64,000 nucleotides of DNA from NCBI RefSeq assembly GCF_963921235.1, contig NC_086097.1:49416001-49480000 (forward strand), in the 5' to 3' direction. Under the pieces are notes generated by a model, which worked only from the letters and a program-made list of their open reading frames with translations, ran no database searches and was not told the DNA's origin. The position numbers and the translations under genes are program-made. The DNA is from Mobula hypostoma. Lineage: Eukaryota. Every line of letters starts with the position of its first letter. Position 1 is the first letter of the stretch. Below are positions 39,701 through 49,136 of the stretch, piece after piece.

Positions 39701-42700
39701 ATGTGAGGAATGTAAGAAATAAAGTCAATTCAATTCAATATTTTGACATGGTTTATGCCCTAATTCTTCTTTAAATCTCACAAACTCTACTCCATGTTTT
39801 TCAGTTCAAAAGTTACCAATAAAGCAAGAGGAAGAATGCATTATAGATGCTCTTCTGTCAGATATAAGAAAAGGTTTTAAGCTGAAGAAGACGGCTAGGA
39901 GCAATTGTGAAAACTTGTCTGCTCCGAAACATTCCACTACTGAAACAAGTAGCAGGAAAATACTGCTGGGTAAGAATAAATGGTTCCATGGACATTACTT
40001 CAAACTGTAATCCTCCTTGCTTTAATTCGTATTGGCAGAATTCCCATTGAGAAACTATGTGGCCTGATTTATATTTTTCTTTAGGTAGCAGTTATCTAAT
40101 TCATATTGCATTATACCTGCTATTTTCAAGTCTTTCAGTAGGTGAAGACCATACAGCAATGCATTATCACAAAAGATTTTTTTAGAAGTTAGATCAACAC
40201 GGGTTAATATGCAACAGTACATATGCTCTAAAATTGCTTACTGCAATAGGTGGGTGTGTGCATATACAGTATGCAAAATATAAACAGACTTTGGGGAAAA
40301 TATGCCTTGCATATATTTACAGATCTGACACTTCAAAAAAAATCTTACCTTTAAATCTTGAATATATTTGTTTTATAGCAATTGAATTAAGCAAATTTTC
40401 AGTCATTTAAAATCTGCATCCAGTTTGATGTATTTGTTGTTTTTTGATCCTGAAAAAAAATCAAAATATTTTCTAGCATTTTGATGTGAAAAACAAAGTA
40501 ACATCAACTCAGCCACAGGCTTCATATCAGAATTGATCTTATTTATTACTTTGGCAGATTTAGTTTTATTATATGTTCTTTGCTTAATAGTTTAGTTTAT
40601 GATTTTCTTTTGCTATTGGAAACAGAATGCGCCAAAATTGAACAATAGATAGAGTGGATGTTCAGAAGAAGATAATAAATATCTCTGAATACCACAGTTC
40701 TATACAAATGAGGTAAAATTATAGGGAAATAGCAAAAGGGTCAAATTAAATGCTTTTTATCTGAATACACATAACATTTGTCATAAAATAGATGGCACAA
40801 AGTGAGAAAGACAGGTATGTGGTCTGATAGCAATCACAGAGCCATTGTTGAATGGTGACTAGGATGGGATCCAGATATTTTGAGTGCTTAATCTTTTGGA
40901 AGGATAGGCAGACGTAAAAATGGAGTCTAAAATAATGACTTTAATAGAAAAGAATGATCTTGTTTGATCAGAGGTATATTGAGTTGAGGTAGGAATAAGA
41001 AATGTCAAGGCTATGTGACTCATGGAAGCAGTTGAAATGACTCCTAATGTGTAATAATGTAGAGAACAGAAATTTAAAAAACAATAGGTGTTTGTATGAA
41101 AGATGCTGAAATATCACAGGGAACTTTCACCTTTGATTCATTTGCACCAACAATTGGCAATAGAATGAATTTGGGATTGCTTCTTAGAATAATTTGTAGA
41201 CAACCAAATGGGGAACAAGCTGTATTTGATTTGATTATATGTAATGAGATAGGATTATTTAATAATGTTTCATTACGAAGCAAATTCTTCAGGGGAAGAC
41301 AATATTTTTATATTTAGTTTTAGAGTGAGAAATTTCATTCTAAAGCTGATACCCTGACTAAAAGTGATTACAAATAATAAAGGCAGGCTTTGCTAAAGTG
41401 GGCTGGGAAAGAAAGTAGGATAGTAGCAAGCATTTAAGGAAACATTTCATCATTCTTAACACAGGCATAATGAAATCCCTGCTATGCGAGAGATGAGAGG
41501 AACATATAAAACCAGTGAATAATGATGTATAATTAACTGAAGAAACCTTAGATATTTTTGAAGAAAATAGGAAGAGGGTTGACATTGGTAACACAACTTA
41601 TCTTGATTTTCAAAAGGCTTTAATAAGGCACTCATTAATAAATTAACAGTCATACAGGAGTGAAACAGGTCCTTTGGACTAATTAGTCCATGCTGACAAA
41701 GATGCCTATCCAAGCTAGTCATATTTGCCAGTATTTTGCCCTTAACCCTCTAAACCTTTCAAAGCCATTATCTGTCCAACTGTCTTTTACAAGTTATTTA
41801 TTGTAACCACCTCAGTCACTCCACATATATACACCCTTGTATGTAAAAACAAAAAATGCCCTTCAACTTCCTATTGAACCTTCTCCCTCAGTATAATCCC
41901 ATGTCCTCCAGTTCTTGGACCCCCAACCCTTGGGGAAAAAAGATGGAGTGCATTCACCCTCTCATGACTTTATATCCACTAGAGGATCATCTCTGTCTCC
42001 TATTATCCAAGGAATGAAGTACTTCTCCCTACAATTCATTCCTTCATGTCCTTGCAACATGTTTGTAAGTCTTTTCTGCACTTTTTCCAGTTTACGAATG
42101 AGGTTTTGAATGGAGTCAGAATGGGTTTCTAACTGACTTCATGACCGAAAGCAGGGAGTGGGTGGGTATTTGCAGTAAGAAAAAGTAGCTGGCGATATTT
42201 TACAAGAATCACTGTTGCAGCTTTATTTTCATTCGGAATTCATACTAATGCTTTGGACTTTTGGAATTAAACCAATTTTCTGAATTTGGGAGTAATGATG
42301 GCACCCCATGCATTCTTATCATCCCCATTCTCTCACTTGGCTCCTGCAACCTATTCCCTTTCATGTGCCTTTTACTTCCCCCCCCACCTCCAAATTCTCC
42401 TACTATCCAGCCCTATGAATGGTATTTTGCATCAGCCATCTTTCAGGTGAGGGAGGAGAATGGGTTGCCTGTGAGAACCGCATACTGTCTTAGGGAGCCC
42501 GCTCTGTGCAGCGGATACCGGAGCTCAGCACTGAAGCAGGGTCATTGGATCTACAGGTCAGCAGTGCCCTTTAGCTGATTTTGAGCATCTGACCAGTTAA
42601 AATTTAGCTTCAGCAACCTTCTCCTTCTATCATTTGGATGATGCCGATTTCCTTCCTAATTAAAGAAAAATCGTTAATCTTTCTGAAATGTTTCCTGTAT

Positions 42701-45700
42701 ACTTAGCCTCTGAAGCACGGTCTTTCTGAGAAACTCTAGTATACTTCTATATATTATATAAAAGCAAGGATGTAATGTTGAAGCTTTATAGAGCACTGAT
42801 GAGGCCTCACTTGGAGTATTGTGAGCAGTTGGGCCCCTTATCAAAGAAAGTATGTGCTGACATTGGAGAGGGTTCAAAGGAGGTTCAAAAAAAACGATTC
42901 AGGATTTAAAGTCTTGTCATATGAAGAGTGTTTGATGGCTCTGGGCCTGTATTCACTGGAATTCAGAAGAGTGAGGCGTGACCTCATTGAAAACTATCAA
43001 ATGTTGAAAAGCCTCGATAGAGAGGATGTTTCCTATGGTAAGAGAATATATGACCAGAGGGCACAGCCTCAGAATAGAGGGGGCATCTTTTTAGAACAGA
43101 GATGTGGAGGAATTTCTTTAGTCAAGGAGTGGTGAATCTGTGGAATTTGTTGCCACAGTTGGCTGTGGAGGCCAAGTCATTAGGTATATTTAAGGCATAG
43201 GTTAATAGATTCTTGATAAGTCAGGGCATGAAGGAAGGAGATTGTTTGCCCTCTAATCCCCAGATAATCCATAATGAAATGGTAGAGCAGACTCAGTTGG
43301 CCAAATGGCTCCTACATCTTAAGATTTTATGGTCTCAGAATGTATTGTGATGGTAATTGCTTTTATTTTAAGTGGGTGAAATAGGAGGAAAATATTTTCA
43401 GATTTGATTATTTAAACCAACTGTATTGATTATGGGGCAAGTTTTCACTTTCATAAATGTACAGATTTTTATTTGTGTGTTTTACAGACCAAAATGACAC
43501 TTCAACAGAAGACAAAGAAAACAAAAGGGCTTCTCAATACACAACTACATCAGCAATCATGGATGAAAGTTCTAATTCCATGGTGAAGTTAGTCACCCAG
43601 CAACCACCTGCTGAACAGAGACCTGCTGAAGACAAAGCACCGATAAGTGATGTGCTCAAGACATCTGCAAGCTCCCCATCTAGCTCTGAAGTAAACGCAC
43701 CTGAAACTGAATCAGAACGTGAGAAAGTGAATGACAAGAATCTTGAAACATGCTCAACTGATGCAAATAAAGTAATTGTTTGCCAAGACAACCCCAGATC
43801 TAGCAAAGAAATGTTAATTGCAAATGAGCATGAACAGTTGACACAATGTAATGCTGTAGCCTCTGTGGACATTGTGGCCAGGGAAAATGAAATACTCTTT
43901 CATAGCAGTAACATTAATGGGAATTTATCTCAAGCTGATAACAAAATAAATTCCCAAAATAAAGTTGACTCTAGATGTGATATGCCTGACTCAAAGACAA
44001 ACACGGTCACTGAAATAACGATATCAGAAACAGAAGAACAAACTATTCCTGACACAAGTGCCACTTGTCCTAGCCCAAGGAATAGTCACTCTGGTGATGA
44101 GTCACCTACAAAAAGTACTTCACCCAGATCTTCCCTAACACTACTTGGTCGGAAATCAAAAGACAGGAAAAGTAAGAAAAGCAAAGGTAATTGTCTTCAG
44201 TTTCTCCAAAGCACACCAGGAAACAGATCAGAAAATATTTGACTTTAAAATGCAAGACACCTGATATAAATGAGCTTCAATTGAAATAATTCTCTTCTTT
44301 GTCAATTTGTGTAATACTGTATTTAACGTAAAAGAACTTTGTCATCCACCCAATTTGAACAATGCTCTGTTCTACAGCAAAGTGTATGTTAAATTGTTAT
44401 TCAGGAAGAGTCTTACTGCATCACTATGATTTTCTGGTTATTGCTGAATGATTATGACAGCTGTACTATCAAATCTTGTTCTATGCTTCTTTAATTGTAT
44501 TGTCGATTAATACACACACATACAACTCAATCAGCCTTCCCATTAACTAACACAGTGCTGAGTCAAGACTTTACCCAATTTTAGAGTAAAAGGATGAAAT
44601 AAATTCAGATGAATACAATTGATGGAATAAGTTGATGAGTTTTAAAGAAAAAAATATATATTCAATTAGATTATACAACCACTTTTGAAAGTGTAGAAAA
44701 CAGGATAAATTTTAATTTATTTTACACGTTGCACTGTCAGCTTACAAAGCCTATTAGTTATTTCTGAGGTATACTCATTGCTAATTTATAGAAAATTGGG
44801 AGGGGGGGTAATTAATACGTAACAAGATCCCAAAGAAGGTAACTGAGTAATCAGTCTGTTTCTTTTTGACAAAACACTGGTCAAACAATGACTCATAGCA
44901 GAAGCTCTATAATGTCCATGATATTAATTTTATCCAATGAAATATTAATAAAGGATCTGTGTAACATTTCTCCAGAAAGGCAACATTGGGCAGAAATGAA
45001 GATGAATTTGAGCTTGATCAAATTCAACTTCATTTCTACCCAACATTTAAGTGCACTACCAAGAGAGAATAAATGACTATGTTGCATTTTCAAATGAATT
45101 AAACCTATACTACATTAAAAAAGTTAAATGTTTGTAATTGGAAGATTAGCTGAAACCAAGGCATCTTTCAGATTATACTTTGAGTTTTATGCTTTGGAAA
45201 TCAGACCAAACATAAAGGAAGCATTCAAGTCATGGTATTAATGCGGTGATTAGTCCAGTTGTTAATCTCAAGCATCAGGCTTGAGAATTATAAAGAAGTA
45301 TTAGGGCTTCGACAGCAGATGATGAAATGAAACTTTGAATTGATATAGTATAAAGTATTAACTAACACAAATGAGCAAAGAGAACACAAAATACTATTAT
45401 AGTGGTTGAAACTGAAATAAAACTGCTTAACATCCAGAATGATCAGAAATCATTTGTTCATGAAATGAATGATCATATTCAGAACAGAAACAATAAATGC
45501 AAAAAAAAGGTTAAAAGAGCAGGCAGCACCTGGGGAAAAAAATCTGAATCAATGATTCCTATCAATAATCCTTACTGTATTTAGAATATCCAGATGCTCT
45601 TTTCTTCAGACCAGTGTTGACAAAAGTAATCAGTTTTGTTTCTGATCCTGTTGTATATCCAGGCTGAAAGAATCTGAAAAACATTTTTTTTCATTGTTAT

Positions 45701-46838
45701 GTGAATTTACATTCTTATAAAGGGAAAGCTCTATTATACACAGGGCTCTAGGGATTTGATACCTATTATTTAATATATTTTTCAATAACATTATAATACT
45801 TTTGAAATAACTGAAAATATGTTAGCACTTTAAAATATAACATTTTAGCACTACAGCAGTTTAATTGCTTCACTAAACCATGAGCTATAGTGCTATCGAT
45901 TTTCCCTTTCGTAAGGTGAGAAGTAATTAAAAATATTGCTTTTAATTCTGTATCACTGCAACTGGAGTGCCTTTGAGGTTCCAAAATGGATGCTGATTTT
46001 CTAGGTGTGTTTCATTCTCTTTACTTGGAGGAAGTCTCATTTAAATCACAGCCTGGAATACTGTGACCAGACTTAGTCACTTCACCTTCAGAAGGATTCT
46101 TTAAATTGGGAGGGAACATTGCAAAGCAATGTAAGAACTGTGCACGCTGGAAGTAACTCTTGGTGAGATGATGTCTGGGAAGAGAGTTCAAAATGTTTCA
46201 GATCTATGACCCTTATTCAGAAGACACCGCACCACCTTTCAAAAGCAGTATATTATTAGCAGAAAAGTTTTTGGTTTATAAAAGTTAAGTTACAAGGAGA
46301 GATTTCAGTAACAAGGAATGTAGTAAACCTGGAATTTAGAATGTTAAGGGATGATTGAAGGGAACTGATTAGGATGGAGGGAAGGAAATTATTTTCACTT
46401 TACCAGCATTAGGTCCTGGGGTGAAATTGGGAAGTATTTCTATATGTAGAGCATAGTAAAGTTTTTGAACTCTTTCATTAATAGCAGATAATACTAGGTA
46501 CAGGGTAACTGGTTAATTTTAAATCTGAGTTAAATTTTTAGTAACCATTGGAAATGAGTTACAATTTAGATGTGATCTCAACGAATTGTATAACAGGCTC
46601 CTGGAGCTAAATGCTCTCTCACTGTGGAGAATCCTTTTCTGAGATGGTCTAAACTATATTGATGCAGGCTAGACTTAAAATAGCCATTAGTGAACAGTTA
46701 ATCACAATTTGATTAAAAAGTTGATGCTTTTACTCTGAACTGATTTTTTGCAAATATTTTCCTACTTTTTGTTTTAAAACAGAAGTCTGCTCTGAAGATA
46801 GAAGCAATAAATCCAAAAAACCTTGTTCATTGCACTAA
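389..46838 (+). CDS. INF2: Inverted formin 2, spliced CDS of the CAAX isoform (21 coding exons, 1231 aa)
   Basis: Exons joined with consistent phases: 389-782, 3154-3269, 8065-8224, 9645-9678, 9928-10069, 12068-12209, 15411-16061, 17865-18010, 18163-18224, 18703-18805, 18897-18982, 20943-21043, 22092-22162, 25697-25804, 25894-25964, 26596-26716, 26801-26965, 33848-33950, 39805-39969, 43488-44186, 46783-46838; sum 3696 nt. Recognisable INF2 peptides: [64 protein letters not shown]. Confidence 0.96.
1765..1975 (+). mobile_element. CR1 LINE 3' end fragment
   Basis: ctgccagaggtagtggtagaag...gggctgaagggcctgtactgtgctgtactgttc matches the 3' ends of other CR1 copies in the window. Confidence 0.75.
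3154..3269 (+). CDS. INF2: INF2 exon 3 (DID), followed by a GC donor
   Basis: Acceptor tttgcag; (A)[38 protein letters not shown]; 116 nt; donor AAG|gcaagt. Confidence 0.94.
3545..4790 (-). mobile_element. Old Penelope-like element fragment (RT C-terminal region) with an internal CR1 scrap near 3930-4080
   Basis: Minus strand around 4320-4460 reads [31 protein letters not shown], like the PLE motif YLxYxSSHP...IPFSQFLRLRRICS; heavily decayed. Confidence 0.6.
4795..5190 (+). mobile_element. CR1 LINE fragment (ORF2 C-terminus)
   Basis: Decayed LVRxHLxYCVQFxSP motif and later aagaactagagggcatagacttaag typical of CR1. Confidence 0.8.
6515..7810 (-). mobile_element. Two antisense CR1 fragments (about 6515-6955 and 7085-7810)
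   Basis: Minus ORFs 6517..6714 ([13 protein letters not shown]) and 7283..7546 ([15 protein letters not shown]...[11 protein letters not shown]) resemble CR1 ORF2. Confidence 0.8.
8065..8224 (+). CDS. INF2: INF2 exon 4 (DID)
   Basis: Polypyrimidine tract + ttag; [25 protein letters not shown]...RTQLRNEFI; donor G|gtaaat; 160 nt. Confidence 0.96.
9645..9678 (+). CDS. INF2: INF2 exon 5 (34 nt)
   Basis: Acceptor tttttaag; (G)[10 protein letters not shown](R); donor AG|gtatgg; phase bridges exons 4 and 6. Confidence 0.93.
9928..10069 (+). CDS. INF2: INF2 exon 6 (FH3/dimerisation region)
   Basis: [25 protein letters not shown]...[12 protein letters not shown]; donor AAA|gtaagt; 142 nt. Confidence 0.94.
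12068..12209 (+). CDS. INF2: INF2 exon 7
   Basis: Acceptor ccctag; [22 protein letters not shown]...[17 protein letters not shown]; donor A|gtaagc; 142 nt. Confidence 0.95.
13270..14915 (+). mobile_element. Decayed CR1 LINE interrupted by a second retroposon
   Basis: Remnants of KGKxCLTx[16 protein letters not shown] and a CR1-type 3' end. Confidence 0.8.
13542..13922 (-). mobile_element. Short retroposon (RTE-associated SINE-like) inserted in CR1
   Basis: Flanked by imperfect direct repeats atgggtata/atggatata; the CR1 resumes after it; minus-strand (tga)n-like tail; carries the motif tttgccattgccttct also seen near 32882. Confidence 0.55.
15411..16061 (+). CDS. INF2: INF2 exon 8: linker, polyproline FH1 and start of FH2
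   Basis: Acceptor ttcttcacag; PPPLPGTGG repeats; [13 protein letters not shown] (FH2 lasso); donor G|gtactg; 651 nt, phase 1-1. Confidence 0.95.
15709..15925 (+). repeat. Coding tandem repeat of FH1 (about 4 units of (A/P)PPLPGT(V/G)G)
   Basis: Repeated cctcctctccc(t/g)ggcact(g)(g/t)tgg units separated by proline runs of varying length. Confidence 0.9.
17865..18010 (+). CDS. INF2: INF2 exon 9 (FH2)
   Basis: Acceptor ttccccag; (E)[30 protein letters not shown]...KKEPKE; donor GAG|gtaaat. Confidence 0.94.
18163..18224 (+). CDS. INF2: INF2 exon 10 (FH2)
   Basis: [20 protein letters not shown](C); ag and gtaagt boundaries; 62 nt. Confidence 0.96.
18703..18805 (+). CDS. INF2: INF2 exon 11 (FH2)
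   Basis: [34 protein letters not shown]; tttcag and gttagt boundaries. Confidence 0.95.
18897..18982 (+). CDS. INF2: INF2 exon 12 (FH2)
   Basis: [28 protein letters not shown](S); tgcag and gtgtgt boundaries. Confidence 0.95.
19165..19710 (-). mobile_element. Tc1/mariner DNA transposon relic
   Basis: Terminal-type motif gtacctaataaag(t/g)ggc(c/t)actg..tgta at both ends (also at about 51720-51762); the minus strand encodes [13 protein letters not shown], a Tc1 transposase N-terminal remnant. Confidence 0.7.
20943..21043 (+). CDS. INF2: INF2 exon 13 (FH2)
   Basis: [33 protein letters not shown]; cacag and gtaaat boundaries. Confidence 0.95.
22092..22162 (+). CDS. INF2: INF2 exon 14 (FH2)
   Basis: (D)[23 protein letters not shown], containing the formin GNxxN motif; atag and gtatgt boundaries. 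Confidence 0.95.
22235..23700 (+). mobile_element. Composite of decayed CR1 fragments
   Basis: Remnants of [29 protein letters not shown] and [13 protein letters not shown]. Confidence 0.8.
23702..24544 (-). mobile_element. hAT-Charlie (Charlie3/MER1/OC1-like) deletion derivative with transposase C-terminus, abutting the right end of a Blackjack-like MITE (23702-23794)
   Basis: TIR ggttggggaccactg ends 24544; minus-strand peptide [53 protein letters not shown] (hAT dimerisation region), continuing TKLRNRLDI in a shifted frame. Confidence 0.85.
25697..25804 (+). CDS. INF2: INF2 exon 15 (FH2)
   Basis: [36 protein letters not shown]; catcag and gtgatg boundaries. Confidence 0.96.
25894..25964 (+). 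CDS. INF2: INF2 exon 16 (FH2)
   Basis: [23 protein letters not shown](G); purine-rich acceptor gggaaag; donor gtaaga. Confidence 0.9.
26596..26716 (+). CDS. INF2: INF2 exon 17 (FH2)
   Basis: [19 protein letters not shown]...FDKPIQ; gacag and gtaagt boundaries. Confidence 0.93.
26801..26965 (+). CDS. INF2: INF2 exon 18 (end of FH2)
   Basis: [55 protein letters not shown]; tttcag and gtaatt boundaries. Confidence 0.95.
28110..28830. mobile_element. hAT-Charlie-type MITE nested in the Rex1-type LINE
   Basis: TIRs cagggtcgccaacc and ggttggggaccactg; imperfect 8-bp TSD gcctatac/gtgtatac; the LINE frame [15 protein letters not shown] is split at this point. Confidence 0.88.
28202..28748. mobile_element. 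hAT-Blackjack-like MITE nested inside the Charlie MITE
   Basis: Perfect 14-bp inverted repeat tagggttgccaact (28237) / agttggcaacccta (ends 28748); subterminal acgggaca repeats; 8-bp direct repeat tgttcaag at 28194-28201 and 28749-28756. Confidence 0.82.
31262..31548 (+). mobile_element. tRNA-derived SINE
   Basis: A-box-like gtagcgaagcagttag, B-box-like gagttcaatccc, CR1-type 3' end gaagggccagaatggccta...tgtatctctaaa and an (aaaat)n tail. Confidence 0.7.
32774..32900 (-). mobile_element. 127-bp 5'-truncated retroposon fragment (RTE-associated SINE-like)
   Basis: Flanking direct repeats aaattacaaaata (32761) / aaattacagaata (32901); CpG-rich; minus-strand pyrimidine tail. Confidence 0.6.
32930..33590 (-). 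mobile_element. Older Rex1/L2-group LINE 3' fragment
   Basis: Minus ORF 33043..33309 [17 protein letters not shown]...KRLQR...HHPGHDLF. Confidence 0.8.
33848..33950 (+). CDS. INF2: INF2 exon 19
   Basis: [34 protein letters not shown]; donor G|gtaagt; 103 nt. Confidence 0.94.
34741..35435 (-). mobile_element. Penelope-like element 3' fragment (GIY-YIG endonuclease remnant) inserted in CR1
   Basis: 10-bp TSD ggcagtggat at 34731-34740 and 35436-35445 splits the CR1 motif [17 protein letters not shown]; minus strand [18 protein letters not shown] and [21 protein letters not shown]. Confidence 0.88.
36630..37370 (+). mobile_element. Unclassified non-autonomous repeat inserted in CR1; its 3' end recurs at about 8700-8842
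   Basis: Starts caagatggtgcc; ends gaagaagaaattcagagttatatacttt...aataaatgaac, near-identical to 8787-8842; no ORF; no clear TSD. Confidence 0.6.
38850..39738 (+). mobile_element. Rex1/Babar-type LINE 3' fragment, same family as 27511-30465 but in the opposite orientation
   Basis: ORF 38934..39287 [34 protein letters not shown]...[15 protein letters not shown]; tail aataaagtcaattcaattcaa. Confidence 0.9.
39805..39969 (+). CDS. INF2: INF2 exon 20: WH2-like DAD
   Basis: (V)[31 protein letters not shown]...; ttttcag and G|gtaaga boundaries. Confidence 0.95.
40735..42095. mobile_element. Old CR1 fragments (+ about 40735-41650; - about 41660-42095)
   Basis: Decayed endonuclease motifs ([22 protein letters not shown]) on the plus strand; CR1 3' end on the minus strand. 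Confidence 0.65.
42735..43335 (+). mobile_element. CR1 LINE 3' fragment
   Basis: ORF 42821..43135 [10 protein letters not shown]...[18 protein letters not shown]. Confidence 0.88.
43488..44186 (+). CDS. INF2: INF2 exon 21: low-complexity S/T/E-rich tail ending in a basic patch
   Basis: Acceptor ttttacag; 699 nt open frame (inside ORF 43457..44242), phase 1-1; ends [13 protein letters not shown]|gtaatt. Confidence 0.9.
46783..46838 (+). CDS. INF2: INF2 exon 22: CAAX-isoform exon (57 nt, 46783-46839)
   Basis: Acceptor ttttaaaacag; (E)[17 protein letters not shown]; one nucleotide after TAA, then donor gtatgt. Parallels the human CAAX tail EVPPDSDDNKTKKLCVIQ as I recall it. Confidence 0.88.
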
Positions 46839-47583
46839 TGTATGTCTGAGTCTCACGTACACAACATTCCTAAACCACGGTATGTTTACTTGTTTTCTGC
46901 CAGAAATCTTTATTGAATGAAAAAGAATTCATTTTGTTGCATGTAAACATGATTATCCAGTCAGTAGCACCATTGCCAAGCTTCCAATTTGCTTAAAGAG
47001 ACTAGCCATGATCATTAATCCCAGTTGGCGTATAAGGTAAGCTTGAGTTTAGGAAGAACTATAACATGGGTGACTTTGCATCTGCTATCCAGTCGCTCCA
47101 GCGTTGTTTAATGCTGTTGCTATTTATTACAGTCAACTATAATGCATTTTCTGGAATGGCAAAAATTATCCCATTTGTTTTGTATCTTTGTCCAAGTTCA
47201 TTTGCAGCACCCTATCTCCTAACATCCCCACAAGTGTTTACTGTATGTGAGTAAATCACTTTATGGAAGTTCTTAACATTAGGACTCTTTCTATGGGCAT
47301 TCATGGTATTTTTACTTTTGAAGCTGTACAACAAGAGAATTATAATATGTCTGTTCATCTGATCTACGGTCACCAAAGTAATCCTTAGAACACTAGTCAT
47401 TCACTCCCATGTTGGTTCAAAATAAGAACATGGTATGTCACAGATCTACAAAGCAGGAAGCCCAGTTACTGGTTACTAAACAAGATTGGAAATTATGACT
47501 GATTTCTACTTCCACTTCCAGTCAATTGACTTATCCCCAGCAACACACACAATAGACAACACGTGCAATTGACTTATCCCCAG

Positions 47584-47880
47584 CAACACACACAAAATGC
47601 TGGAGGAACTCAGCGGGCCAGGCAGCATCTATGGAAAAGAGTAAACAGTCAATGTTTCGAGCTGACCGCTCATCAGGACTGGAAAAGTATTATTCTTGAC
47701 AAACACTAATCATCCCATAACAGTCGCTGATGGGCCAGTGTCCTCCCCTGGTCTGACAGAATTTGCTAATTAAAAGTCTTTGACCTTAAACATTAATTCT
47801 TCTTCTCTTTCTCCAGATGCTGCCTGAGCTGCTCAATGTTCCCAACACATTCAGTTTATTTTTCAGATTCCAGCATCTGC
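47584..47880. mobile_element. Two short Penelope-derived terminal fragments in opposite orientation (- 47584-47690; + about 47740-47880)
   Basis: caacacacacaaaatgctggaggaactcagc...catcaggactgg, and gatgctgcctgagctgctcaatgttcccaac...ttccagcatctgc. Confidence 0.75.
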
Positions 47881-48996
47881 TTTCTTTACATTTAATGCTA
47901 TTGTAACAACATGTCCCTGTGTATGTCAAACTTAATTAAGATTACCCTTATAGTGATGAGCTTCCACAAATGAACTTTTACCACCTTTAAACTCTACCAG
48001 TTGAGTTGCTGAAGTAATTTTTAATCACCTTATTCCTTATGTGAATCTCAGCCTGTTGGTTTTTTAAACTGCATGTTAGAAACTTATCACTGCTTAGAGT
48101 CAAATTTTCAAACTGCATTCTTGATACATGAGTTACTTACGGGTATGACAAAGTTAGAAAATGGTCTTGAAAGATTTAAAATCAGAACCAGAGTGATCAG
48201 GAACATTCCGTTTCAGCATCTGCCCAAAGTGGCAAATAAAGAACAGGCAAGATTGCTATAAATTCTGCAGTGATTTCTCTTATAAGAATGTAGCGGATGG
48301 AAAGGAGGGTGATCTTAGCAGGAATGTCTTCCACAATTAACCCCTACTATTTGTTGTTAATGTTCACACATCAACTGGGCACTAATGGAAGTAGATACCA
48401 ATGAGAGAAACTAAGTATTAAGAAGAGTGTACGTAGGAGAAAAAGGGAAGAAAATTAGTCCTTTCATTCTAGCATAAAAATTCCAAAAGTCACTCTGTGT
48501 GTTTTTTATTATCTGAATAATAAAACTTAGTGTCTGACATCTGTTTCAGAAGAATGGAAGAAGACATAACAAGAAGATGATGGAGGCAATCTGATCAAGA
48601 GTTATCACCAACTCAGAAATGCTTTTTCTCAAACAAAAAGAATGACATTGTGTACCTGGACTATTCTAAGTCTTCTAAGAGTCTTGCAAATGTGCAAAAT
48701 AGTTGAATGTACACTATAAAGAAACAATTGTTAGCTTTGTAAGGTTGATTGTCATCAAAACAACTTTTGAAAAAGTGGAAACATTTGAAATAGTAGAAAA
48801 TAAAATAAGACTAAGCTATGTTAGCTGATTTTATGCTCATTGGGAAACTTCTGCTAGCATCAAGAAATCGAGTACTAAATATTCAAATGATAACATGTTA
48901 TTGCTAGTACTTGAAACATTCTGACAATCGTCTTTTTCGGTTCTGGAATACTGCTCTAATCTGACACTGGAGCTAAGTGAGTGAGTCTCACTGAAA

Positions 48997-49136
48997 CAAC
49001 AGGAATTCTGCAGATGCTGGAAATTCAAGCAACACACATAAAAGTTAGTCCTGACGAAGGGTCTCGGCCTGAAACGTTGACTGCACCTCTTCCTAGAGAT
49101 GCTGCCTGGCCTGCTGCGTTCACCAGCAATTTTTAT
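48997..49136. mobile_element. 140-bp Penelope-derived insertion with an inverted terminal piece
   Basis: Perfect 16-bp TSD gtgagtctcactgaaa at 48981-48996 and 49137-49152; homologous to the other Penelope termini in the window. Confidence 0.92.
49046..49083 (+). ncRNA. Minimal type I hammerhead ribozyme motif (PLE type)
   Basis: tagtc-CTGACGA-a-gggt ctcg gcct-GAAA-CG-TT-gactg: stem I (t)agtc/gact(g), core CUGANGA and GAAA, stem II hairpin, palindromic ACGU in place of stem III, UH = UU. Activity is not shown. Confidence 0.75.

Noticed and set aside
48550..48594. Basic peptide KNGRRHNKKMMEAI* as the non-CAAX tail
   Set aside because: It needs a phase-0 junction, but exon 21 ends in phase 1 at both plausible donors (44171 and 44186). 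It would need an unseen intervening exon.
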